Positions 56,384 through 64,000 of a stretch of DNA of 64,000 nt are shown piece after piece (position 1 is the first letter of the stretch; each line of letters opens with the position of its first letter). The position numbers and the translations under genes are program-made. The notes under the pieces were generated by a model that ran no database searches, had not been told where the DNA came from, and saw nothing but the letters and a program-made list of their open reading frames with translations. The stretch covers positions 382,005 to 446,004 of the forward strand of contig PKTK01000001.1 of NCBI GenBank assembly GCA_002869165.1. The letters are read 5' to 3'. The stretch comes from Candidatus Parcubacteria bacterium (lineage in GTDB: Bacteria > Patescibacteriota > Patescibacteriia > Patescibacteriales > UBA12075).

Positions 56384-58285
56384 TTAATTTTCTATAGTTT
56401 GTGTAATCACCACATCACCTTCTTGTAAACCATCGATAATTTCTGTATAGCCTTCATCTCCTCTTATGCCTAAAATAATCTTTCTTTCTACTGCCTGATT
56501 ATTTATAAGTAACTTAATCCATTTACCATCGCCATTCCGATCAATAATCGCTCTACTTGTAACACTTAATATATTTGATTTTTGGTTAGTAGTAATGTTT
56601 ACGTTTGCAGTCATGCCTGATTTGATTTCGTTATTTGTACTTTCAAAATTTACTTTTACTAAATAGTATATAACATCCTGTATTACTGTTTCAGCTGGCT
56701 CAATAAAAGAAACTTTACCCATAAAAATTTCGTCCTCACCAAAAGCATCCAAGGTAACTTTCACTACATCAGAAACTTTTACTTTAGCAATGTCCGCCTC
56801 AGAAATATGAACATCAATTTCATAACCTCCTTCACCAACCATACTTATTACTTTTTGTCCTTGACTTACAAGCTCACCTACTTCAAACTCTACCGCTGTA
56901 ATAATTCCATCAAATGGAGCTTTTATTTGAGAGTCTTCAATTCTTTTATTTACTGAATCTAGTGCAGCTTGAGCTTGCCTGATTTTGGCTCTAGCTAAAG
57001 CCACATCATGAACATTGGCTGGCGCCACAACCTGATCTCTCTGTGCTTTGGCTACCTCCATAGCTTCTTTTGTGGCCATAACTTTTGACTCACTTACGGT
57101 TATCTGCTGCTCTGCAGTTATTTTTGCAGTGTTCAAAGCATTTTCAGCGCTTATAACAGCGTTATCATAAACTGTTTTGGCTTCTGATAAAGCACTTTCT
57201 GCTGCTTGAACTTTAATATTATAATTAAGCAAAGCATCATTATATGCTTGCTCATAACTTTCAAGTGAAGAAGCGGCTGTATTAATAGTTGTAATATGTG
57301 TATTAATAGTTGTTTTATGTGTTTCAATGTTTGTTTTTGTAAGACCTGAAGTAGTTACGCTGTTATCCAAAACATCAAAAGTATTTTTTAGAGCTAACAA
57401 GGTATATTCTAGCAATTTTTTGGTGTTACTTATTGCTGATATAACATTTTCATTACTGGGATTAATTTTGGCTGTATTTATTTTGTCGCTAGCAGTTGAT
57501 TTTTGCGTAAGACCTAGGCTGTAGTAACTTTTTGCATACGTTAAATAGCTAGGATCCTTTACGCTTAAATACTCATCAATATCATCATCTGATATTATTG
57601 TATTTACCGCGTCCAAAGCAGAATTAGCTGTTGAAGTCTTGTCTCCAGCAATTGTTAGCACAGAATCTCTTGTATTGGTGATAGCTTGAGAATAAGTTGA
57701 TTTCATATTGTCAAGATTCGAGCTAGCTGTCATTACCGACTGTTCACTTGGTGTAACGTTATCTGATTCAAATGAAAGCAAATCGTTCAGGGTTTTTTCT
57801 GCTTGGGCAATGGTTTCAGCTGCGCTTGCCTTTACTCTTTCAAGCTCACTCATAGCCGAATTATACGCTGACTCTGCTTGGATAACAGTTGCCTGTGATA
57901 ATGCTCTATCTTCCCCAGTAGCTCCAGCTAATAATTTATTTAAGTTCTCTGTAGCAACGTCATAATTTGCTTGGGATTCTTGCTTGGAAATAACTAGTGA
58001 GGTGTAGTCTAGTTCAGAAATAAGCTGTCCTTCAGTGACCTTGTCTCCCACATTAAAATTTACTCGTTGAATCTTTCCTCATGACAAAAAACTTAAATCT
58101 ATCTCTGAATTTGCCTTCACTGTTCCTGTTTCAGATACAGTTTGTATTATATCCCCCTTAGTAACTTTAAAGGTTTTGTAGTTAATTTGCTTTTGATCTT
58201 TGGCTAAAAAATACAAAGCAATTACCAAAACCAAAGCAATAGACATTAGAATAAATATTGCTTTTTTGGCACTAATTTTTCTCAT
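56384..58285 (-). pseudogene. MacA/HlyD-type periplasmic adaptor interrupted by one in-frame TGA
   Basis: The ORFs 58079-58285 (TM + start of the barrel-sandwich domain) and 56384-58051 share a frame. Read-through gives ..EIDLSFLS*GKIQRVNFNVGDKVTEGQLISELD.. (lipoyl-type motif). A long coiled coil follows. Confidence 0.8.
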
Positions 58286-58286
58286 A

Positions 58287-58673
58287 TTATGTGGATTTAT
58301 TTTTATACATTTTAAATAGTTTTGTAACTAACTCAATATCAGAAATTTTGTTTTTACTAAAAAAATAATCAACGTTCATGTTCTCAGCTTGCTCCTTGAT
58401 CGCTTCTTTATCATTTAGAGTGTAAACCACCAATGTAATATTTTTAGTTTCTTCTGTTCCTTTAAGAAAACTGAAAAATTCCCAAATATCTAAGTTTGGG
58501 TGATCTAATTATGTAATTACTAGATTTGGCATTTTGTGACAAAGCTCTGAATGCAAAACATGAGCTTCGCTACTGCCATCATTAACAATAACTTCAATAT
58601 TATTAGCTGATAATAGCGCTTCCAATGAACTATTATTGTGCGCATGATTATCAACAATATATACTTTCTTCAT
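58287..58673 (-). pseudogene. stand-alone CheY-like receiver domain with in-frame TAA at the phospho-acceptor position
   Basis: Manual translation MKKVYIVDNHAHNNS...HKMPNLVIT*LDHPNLDIWEFFSFLKG...ITLVVYTLND...VDYFFSKNK.. aligns with the receiver consensus PDLvllDlmMPgmdG / T / K. The stop codon is at 58509-58511. Confidence 0.65.
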
Positions 58674-58758
58674 TCCATAATTATAACATATTCCTCACAT
58701 TTTTTCCAAGTCATTGTCATATTTATTATTTCACTTATCATTTACTAGATGAAAGAGA

Positions 58759-58802
58759 CTACATTATTTAGTGTACATTTTAATGTACACTAAATAATGT
58801 AG
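58759..58802. repeat. 44-bp palindrome (21-bp arms) in the efflux-operon upstream region
   Basis: CTACATTATTTAGTGTACATT-TT-AATGTACACTAAATAATGTAG; all 21 arm positions pair. Confidence 0.8.
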
Positions 58803-58813
58803 AAGCTAAAATA

Positions 58814-58839
58814 AAAAACTGACATAAAGATCAGTTTTT
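58814..58839 (-). terminator. AT-rich terminator after lexA
   Basis: AAAAACTGA-N8-TCAGTTTTT. Confidence 0.45.
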
Positions 58840-58855
58840 TATTTTATATATAAAT

Positions 58856-59467
58856 TTATGCAAACTTTCTAATAACCCCTCTTACTACCCCCTGAATCAA
58901 TGGATCTTTGCAATAGATTGGCTCCATGGTGGAGTTGGCTGGTTGGAGACGAATACGGTTGGCTTCTTTGTAGAATTTCTTGAGAGTTGCGTAAGCATTG
59001 TTAAGTAGAGCTACCACCACATCACCATTTCGAGGTGACGGATTGCGTTCAATGATCACATAATCACCGCTAAGTATTCCCTCCTCTATCATGGACTCAC
59101 CCTTAACACGCAAAACATAAGAATTGGCTGCATCGGTTACAAAATCAACAGGCACTCCAATAGTTTCATTGTCTTCAATAGCTTCAATGGGCTCTCCGGC
59201 CGTAATTAAACCAAGAAGTGGAAGTTCAATGCCAGCACTAAATTCTGGTTGTGCCACTACTAGTTCAATTGATCTAGCTTCGTTGTGTGAGCCTTTTTTC
59301 AAAAAGCCTTTTTTACGTAGATTATCTAGATGAACATGAATAGTTGCTGGACTGGATAAGTTTAAATGATCGGCAATCTCTCGAATACTTGGAGAAAAGC
59401 CATTACTATCAATAAAATTAGTTACAAAATCAAGTATTTCGCGTTGCCGTTTTGTAAGTTGATTTCC
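58856..59467 (-). CDS. lexA: LexA repressor
   Basis: Start at MGNQLTKRQREILDF.. (wHTH). The autocleavage/S24 domain has ..VKGESM.. (Ser) and ..ATLKKF.. (Lys). The ORF-track extension to 59548 is rejected. Confidence 0.85.
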   Translation of the reverse strand, partial: GNQLTKRQREILDFVTNFIDSNGFSPSIREIADHLNLSSPATIHVHLDNLRKKGFLKKGSHNEARSIELVVAQPEFSAGIELPLLGLITAGEPIEAIEDNETIGVPVDFVTDAANSYVLRVKGESMIEEGILSGDYVIIERNPSPRNGDVVVALLNNAYATLKKFYKEANRIRLQPANSTMEPIYCKDPLIQGVVRGVIRKFA

Positions 59468-59988
59468 CATATTTTTAAAATTATTTTTTGTTTTACCTTC
59501 TTTATACTCGAAACTAAACCTCAAATGAAGCCTAGTTTCTTGTAACAAGAAGGATTTTATTTGAACCTTTTGTTTTTTGACCTTCTTGAGGCGAAGATCC
59601 CCAAGAAGGAAATTTTTGAGACAACCAGATACTTCTTTGTCAAAAGGCGTTCTTTAGACAAATACTAACCTTCTTCATTAGCAAATACCCAGTCTATTTT
59701 TATAGGTTGATTTATCAACAACCCTTCTTGCATGCTTACTTATATTATACACGAACAAAATACGAAAGTCAATACCCCCTATTCTTCTCTAATTTAAGAC
59801 TAATATTATTTAGAACTAAATTATATCTACTAAAAAAATTTTTACGTAAGAAATAATTGATTTTGTATAAGGTTATAGTTTCTAGATTCCCTTCCATCTC
59901 CATTATCCGCCAACTGATGGAGGCGAGTCGCCAGGAATGACAAATGGTGACTAGGTTTCGCAATCTAACACTCCACCCCCTTCGGGTA

Positions 59989-60014
59989 CTCCCCTTCCTA
60001 GGGGAGATTTTTTA
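59989..60014 (+). terminator. plus-strand terminator with no annotated upstream gene
   Basis: CTCCCCT-TCCT-AGGGGAG followed by ATTTTTT. Confidence 0.55.
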
Positions 60015-60020
60015 TTAAAA

Positions 60021-60047
60021 ATACCACCAGTGTTTTACTGGTGGTAT
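60021..60047 (-). terminator. terminator of the 459-aa repeat protein gene
   Basis: ATACCACCAG-N7-CTGGTGGTAT, followed on the minus strand by a T-run. Confidence 0.7.
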
Positions 60048-60072
60048 TTATTTATGTAAGTTATTTTACTGT

Positions 60073-61452
60073 TTAGTACTGATTTCTGCTAAGTGGATAG
60101 TTTACATAACCTGGATAGTCATAACCATAATAATAATAATTGTTATAATTAAATTCATGTCCTACTTGAGTATAGTCGTAGTTAAATTCTGCGTTATTAT
60201 ATCCACTTCCATTTACTCTGAAATCTACGCTTCCCAAATATTTCCAAGCACCACCTTCGATGCTAATAAAAGTCTTGGCTACGTAGTCTCCAGAGCTTAG
60301 TCTACCGAAATTACTTTGGGTATAGTTATATTCCCAATCTCTTCCATCTGGTTTTCTTAGTGAAGATTCCTTCTTAGTATAGAATGAGCCGTTCCTATGT
60401 AGCTCATGACGAATCTTGAAACTTTCTACATTGCTAATGTCTGATAATCTAGTTAGCACCTTTACATCTTCCTTGCTAGAAAAGATATTTCTTGGATTAT
60501 TTGTTCCGTATTTATAATTACCATAATACTTGATATCTGTATCAGTTTGAGTCCAGTTGTAACCATATTTAGCATCATCATATCTTCTGTATCTATAATC
60601 GTTTTCATTTAAATACCCATCAACTGTAATAGTCTTACTTCCCATTCTTCTGTATGAACCGTTGTTTAACTTGATGTATGCTCTAATCTCATGAGTTCCG
60701 CTTGGAAGTTTACCAAGATTTGTATAAGAATAGTTTGCTGTCCATGTTTCACAATTTGGATACATAACAGCTACCTCATTGCTTTTATGTAAATTTTTTC
60801 CATCAAGATATACCTCAAATTTTATTTGAAAACTTTGCACGCTGCGTAGGTTGTTTGTTCTAACCAATGCATATACATTTTCATTACGTGCAAAATCTTG
60901 TGTTCTACCTGTAATACTATAAACGAATGAATGATTATTCTCAACTCCTAGTCCTGTTTCAAGTGAACCATAGTCATATCTTGGATTTGAGCAATAATAA
61001 TCATTACTAATACCACCAACATTGAAATCTTTAGTGTTATACAAAACCCAAGCACCACTGTTTACTGAAATCATGGTGTGAAGTTTATAATGACCGCTTG
61101 ATAGTCTACCAAACTCATCATAGTTCCATACTTCTGCCCACCAGTTTCCATCAGGTCGATAAACTTGTGAGTACTTGTTTTGGTAACTAGCGCCTCTTAG
61201 TTCATACTTGAATTGAAAAGTTTGAACATTAGAAATGTCAAAAATCCTTGTAAGGGCAAAAACAGATTCATTAGTCCCAAAATAATCTTTTTGGTTTTGA
61301 ATCTCATATTGCCAATTTGCAGATTGTTTGATTCCAGCTCCAATTTCTGTTGATCTAAATCTAAAGCTAGCCGAAGCAGCCTCGACTGAGAAGATTGGAA
61401 ATACTAATGAAATCAAGACAATTGCAATTGTTGTTGTTCTAAAAAATTTCAT
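60073..61452 (-). CDS. secreted protein with three tandem ~125-aa domain repeats and a Tyr/Asn-rich tail
   Basis: Signal peptide. A block ..V(F/Y)ALTR...(I/L)(S/R)(N/S)V(Q/E)(T/S)F(Q/K)(F/I)(K/R).EL...G.............(R/Y)(P/K)(D/N)...W........(F/L)G(R/K)L(S/P)SG.(Y/H).. occurs three times. Confidence 0.65.
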   Translation of the reverse strand: MKFFRTTTIAIVLISLVFPIFSVEAASASFRFRSTEIGAGIKQSANWQYEIQNQKDYFGTNESVFALTRIFDISNVQTFQFKYELRGASYQNKYSQVYRPDGNWWAEVWNYDEFGRLSSGHYKLHTMISVNSGAWVLYNTKDFNVGGISNDYYCSNPRYDYGSLETGLGVENNHSFVYSITGRTQDFARNENVYALVRTNNLRSVQSFQIKFEVYLDGKNLHKSNEVAVMYPNCETWTANYSYTNLGKLPSGTHEIRAYIKLNNGSYRRMGSKTITVDGYLNENDYRYRRYDDAKYGYNWTQTDTDIKYYGNYKYGTNNPRNIFSSKEDVKVLTRLSDISNVESFKIRHELHRNGSFYTKKESSLRKPDGRDWEYNYTQSNFGRLSSGDYVAKTFISIEGGAWKYLGSVDFRVNGSGYNNAEFNYDYTQVGHEFNYNNYYYYGYDYPGYVNYPLSRNQY

Positions 61453-61651
61453 AGATTTTATAAATTTATATTTTATAATTTTAAGATTAAAATAAGCTAA
61501 AATTAAAATTAATTAGTCTTTTTTAGTATTAGCAAATTATCAATTCTTCTTGTGTTTGTCAAGTAAAAAGTCAAATAAAACTTTTGACAAATTAGATAAT
61601 ATGTATTAAAAATATCAATACGAACCTTAACAAAAAAAGGAGAAAAGAAAA

Positions 61652-61798
61652 ATGAGAAAAATTGTCATTCTATTATACTTGGTATTTATTCTGGTATTAC
61701 AGACATCTTGTGCAAAAGAAAATAATAACCCTGTAGACGAACTCAAACAAGTTGATAAAATAACAAAACAAATAGATAAGAAATATTATGAAATTTAA
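61652..61798 (+). CDS. small lipoprotein (48 aa; below the ORF-track cut-off)
   Basis: AAAGGAG SD. MRKIVILLYLVFILVLQTSCAKENN.. carries a lipobox (LQTSC). Confidence 0.45.
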   Translation: MRKIVILLYLVFILVLQTSCAKENNNPVDELKQVDKITKQIDKKYYEI

Positions 61799-61819
61799 AA
61801 AATATTAAAGGAAAGTTGT

Positions 61820-62116
61820 ATGCAAACAACCACTGGAAGAAATCCAGAAGGTTTTTGCAATACAATCAAAAAAAAGAAAAGACTGGTTTCCGATTCCTTA
61901 AACACCTATGATGAGCTAATTAAAAAATACAAAGAAACCATTCATTACTATCAAACTATATCACTATATAGTGATGAGGCTGACAGGCTCAAAAAAGAAA
62001 TTGAAATATCCATAGAAAGAATACAAACTCTTAAAAAATGGCGAAAATACGAAGCAATACCTTGTTGGCTTTATCTTAACAAACAGCAAGAAAAGGTTTG
62101 TAAAAACAAAAAATGA
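61820..62116 (+). CDS. hypothetical protein (98 aa)
   Basis: ORF with coiled-coil-like sequence; no motif. Confidence 0.45.
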   Translation: MQTTTGRNPEGFCNTIKKKKRLVSDSLNTYDELIKKYKETIHYYQTISLYSDEADRLKKEIEISIERIQTLKKWRKYEAIPCWLYLNKQQEKVCKNKK

Positions 62117-62125
62117 GGATAAAAG

Positions 62126-62902
62126 ATGGATAGAGTAATAAAAAATAACGCTCTACTTTTTATTGGTGTTTTTACTTTATTAAACATTTCTTTGTTGACA
62201 ATGATATACTTAACTAAAATAAATTTTAGCATTGAAACGATTCTTATTTTTTGTCTATTTATCAGTATACCAGGCCTAGCAATTATTAAAAAAGTTAATT
62301 TCAAAAATTTTATCTTTTTTTCATTGTTATTTTTTGGATTAATACTTTCATTGTTTTTTTTACCAAAACAAATTAATAAAAATTTTATTAATGCATTTGT
62401 TCTACTGTTCTTCATGTTCTACTGCCCAGGCTTGCCTCTTAGAATTATGATTATAGTTTGTGTTGCTGTTTCATTTTTTGATTTTATAAATGTCTATTTC
62501 CTAGACACGATGACAACCTACACTAACCAATTAGCAAAAATGAACTCGCCTGGATTAATTGAAATACCTGCACAAAAATCAATAGACATCATACAAAAAG
62601 TGCTTACTACAAACTCAGAAAAAACTCAAACAATTTTAACTAATAACAACTTTGATTTCTACCTAGGAACCGGGGATCTGCTATTCCCTCTCCTTTTAAC
62701 CAAATCCTATATTGTAAATACATTGCATTATTCCAAGATAAAGTCACTAGTTGTGCTTTTATTAACTTTTATCTGTGGCATTTCTATAAGTCTGACTTTT
62801 TTGTTTATATTCAATACTAGCCAGCCTGCTATGTTGTTTTTAGTGCCGTGCATGCTTTTAGGAATTTATTTCTTAGATAAAAAAAATAAAACCATCGACT
62901 AA
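62126..62902 (+). CDS. polytopic membrane protein, putative GxGD intramembrane aspartyl protease (presenilin/SPP-like)
   Basis: ..SFFDFINVY.. (Asp in a TM), ..YLGTGDLLFP.. (GxGD) and ..QPAMLF.. (PAL-like) occur in the order and spacing seen in presenilin homologues. Confidence 0.4.
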   Translation: MDRVIKNNALLFIGVFTLLNISLLTMIYLTKINFSIETILIFCLFISIPGLAIIKKVNFKNFIFFSLLFFGLILSLFFLPKQINKNFINAFVLLFFMFYCPGLPLRIMIIVCVAVSFFDFINVYFLDTMTTYTNQLAKMNSPGLIEIPAQKSIDIIQKVLTTNSEKTQTILTNNNFDFYLGTGDLLFPLLLTKSYIVNTLHYSKIKSLVVLLLTFICGISISLTFLFIFNTSQPAMLFLVPCMLLGIYFLDKKNKTID

Positions 62903-62919
62903 CCATCGATGGTTTTTTT
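62888..62919 (+). terminator. rho-independent terminator
   Basis: ACCATCGA-N7-TCGATGGT followed by T7; it overlaps the stop codon. Confidence 0.7.
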
Positions 62920-62928
62920 CTTGGTATA

Positions 62929-62962
62929 AGAAAAAGGCCACGACGTGTTGCTTGTCGTGGCC
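62929..62962 (-). terminator. terminator of rnpB
   Basis: GGCCACGAC-N9-GTCGTGGCC, followed on the minus strand by TTTTTC. Confidence 0.65.
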
Positions 62963-62964
62963 CT

Positions 62965-63400
62965 AGGGGGAAGAAATGAGTCAGGAATTTTGTGGTCTGC
63001 CGGTCCCGGGTTTTCAGGCATGACCAACTTTCACCATGGTGGGTTTAATTCGCGGACAATTATTTTTCTTCCGCGCGGTCGGCGATTGGCCAGGCTTCGA
63101 AGTTTCATAAACTGTGCCAGGCTCTGCGGGCCGATTTATGATGCGTCCAAGGTTTAATTTTCTACTACGAAGGACGCTATACCCAACTTTGGTGCGCTGT
63201 TTCGAGGATGAACAGGAGCCGAGCCTTTCATATTTTTTCGCTCGGAAATTTCCTCAACAACAGCTGATAAAAATATCATTCTTTCCTTTTAAGGTGGATC
63301 CGGACTTTTCTTTTTTACTTCCATCGTTGCCGAATCAATTCGCTGGATCTCATAAATCCCGCGTGTATTACCAAAGGAAAGCCTTTCTCATTTCTTTATG
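62965..63400 (-). ncRNA. rnpB: RNase P RNA (bacterial type)
   Basis: The minus strand contains GAAAAGUCCGGAUCCACC (CR-I, cf. GGAAAGUCCGGGCUCCAU), ACAGCGCACC, GGUGAAAG and CUGAAAACCCGGGAC (cf. ACAGAACCCGGCUUA). P1 pairs AAGAAAUGAG (63389-63398) with CUCAUUUCUU (62971-62980). The region is locally GC-rich in an AT-rich genome. Confidence 0.8.
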
Positions 63401-63493
63401 ATTTACATACTATCATACTTTTAAAATTTTGTCAAGTATTTTAGGTAACAAAAAACAGGTTTTTACCTGTTTTTATTTAATATTAGCTAGTAT

Positions 63494-63952
63494 TTACTTA
63501 GAAATAAAATCTGCGAATTTAATATTCAAGTCTTCTCTAACCTTTAGCATCCAATCATAAGTATTAAATATTTTATTCAAAAATACATTGTTTGATTTAA
63601 TCTCTTCTGATACACCCAAAACTCTTGCCTTTTTTTCACCCTCAATAATAGTAACTATATCATCTTCTCCATTCAAAATACTATAAGAATTATTAGCAAC
63701 TAACATTGATTTTGTTTTTTGATCTAGAGTAATATTTTTTATTTTCTGAGCTTCTTCTTTTACAGATAGAATATTATACTTCAAATCTATGTTATTGTCG
63801 ATTGATAAAAATACAAGTGGAAGTGAAATTACTACAGCCAATAAGTAAATAGCAATTACTCTAGATGCGGTTGGGAAAAGATGAAAAATATTCTCAATCC
63901 TGAAAACAACTTTCTCAATACTTTCGTCCATATAATGCCAAAGGTCCTTCAT
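63494..63952 (-). CDS. hypothetical membrane-anchored protein
   Basis: 152-aa ORF with one TM. The frame stays open upstream to the window edge, so the true start may lie beyond 64000. Confidence 0.45.
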   Translation of the reverse strand: MKDLWHYMDESIEKVVFRIENIFHLFPTASRVIAIYLLAVVISLPLVFLSIDNNIDLKYNILSVKEEAQKIKNITLDQKTKSMLVANNSYSILNGEDDIVTIIEGEKKARVLGVSEEIKSNNVFLNKIFNTYDWMLKVREDLNIKFADFISK

Positions 63953-64000
63953 GTCTGAGTTCCATCTTATCTCATGATTGTTTTGATGTTTTTTGATAGT

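Noticed and set aside
58079-58081. In-frame TGA as evidence for an alternative genetic code (TGA = Gly or Trp) or selenocysteine.
   Set aside because: It is the only internal TGA among more than 60 long, uninterrupted genes in the window. TGA also terminates at least one well-defined gene (ending at 10751). The other in-frame stops are TAA. No Sec-type context (redox Cys-homologous position) is apparent.
59769-59963. 64-aa minus-strand ORF (MRNLVTICHSWRLASISWRIMEMEG..).
   Set aside because: It has no SD and translates a GC-richer hairpin-like stretch resembling the repeat family. It is more likely non-coding.
62945-63401. Two plus-strand ORFs (70 aa and 95 aa) in a GC-rich patch.
   Set aside because: The region is RNase P RNA on the minus strand (CR-I GAAAAGUCCGG.., ..AACCCGGGAC, P1 pairing, own terminator). 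The ORFs are artefacts of the GC-rich, stop-poor RNA gene.

Overview
The window is an AT-rich bacterial chromosome segment with tightly packed, mostly minus-strand genes. The gene content looks like a reduced Patescibacteria/CPR-type genome; this is an inference from content, not a database hit. It contains a two-subunit [NiFe]-hydrogenase with its maturation protease, FtsEX with a cell-wall enzyme fusion, and a P-type ATPase. It also has a dcw-type peptidoglycan block (mraY-ftsW-mutT...murG-murC-murB) and a secretin-less type IV pilus cluster (pilB, pilC, pilM, pilN, pilO). The remainder includes glycosyltransferases, an S8 protease, mreB, a DUF4012 protein, a MacAB-like ABC efflux operon, lexA, RNase P RNA and one tRNA-Gln. 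I saw no rRNA genes and no CRISPR array.

Items worth a second look:
1. A ~5.3 kb element sits at the 3' end of tRNA-Gln. It is bounded by an imperfect ~70-nt direct repeat and carries a large serine recombinase, a highly structured 0.5-kb non-coding region and three unassigned cargo genes (one LemA-like, one PD-(D/E)xK-like).
2. Two small GIY-YIG nuclease genes are inserted in the dcw block. Each is bracketed by ~85-105-nt hairpin repeats, and one repeat pair has its loop inverted relative to its arms.
3. A membrane protein is paired with a VirD4/TraD-like ATPase that has a zinc-ribbon tail.
4. Three otherwise intact genes each carry a single in-frame stop codon: pilC, the MacA-like adaptor, and a CheY-like receiver where the stop falls at the phospho-acceptor position. 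A fourth gene has TAA where its start Met is expected.
5. A 56-aa AbrB-type gene lies just upstream of murG behind a perfect 38-bp triple-GGTACC palindrome.
6. There is an unusual sigma region-4 + HARE-HTH protein, plus repeat-rich regulatory regions around lexA.

All functional calls come from reading motifs in the supplied translations and the DNA; no searches were run.
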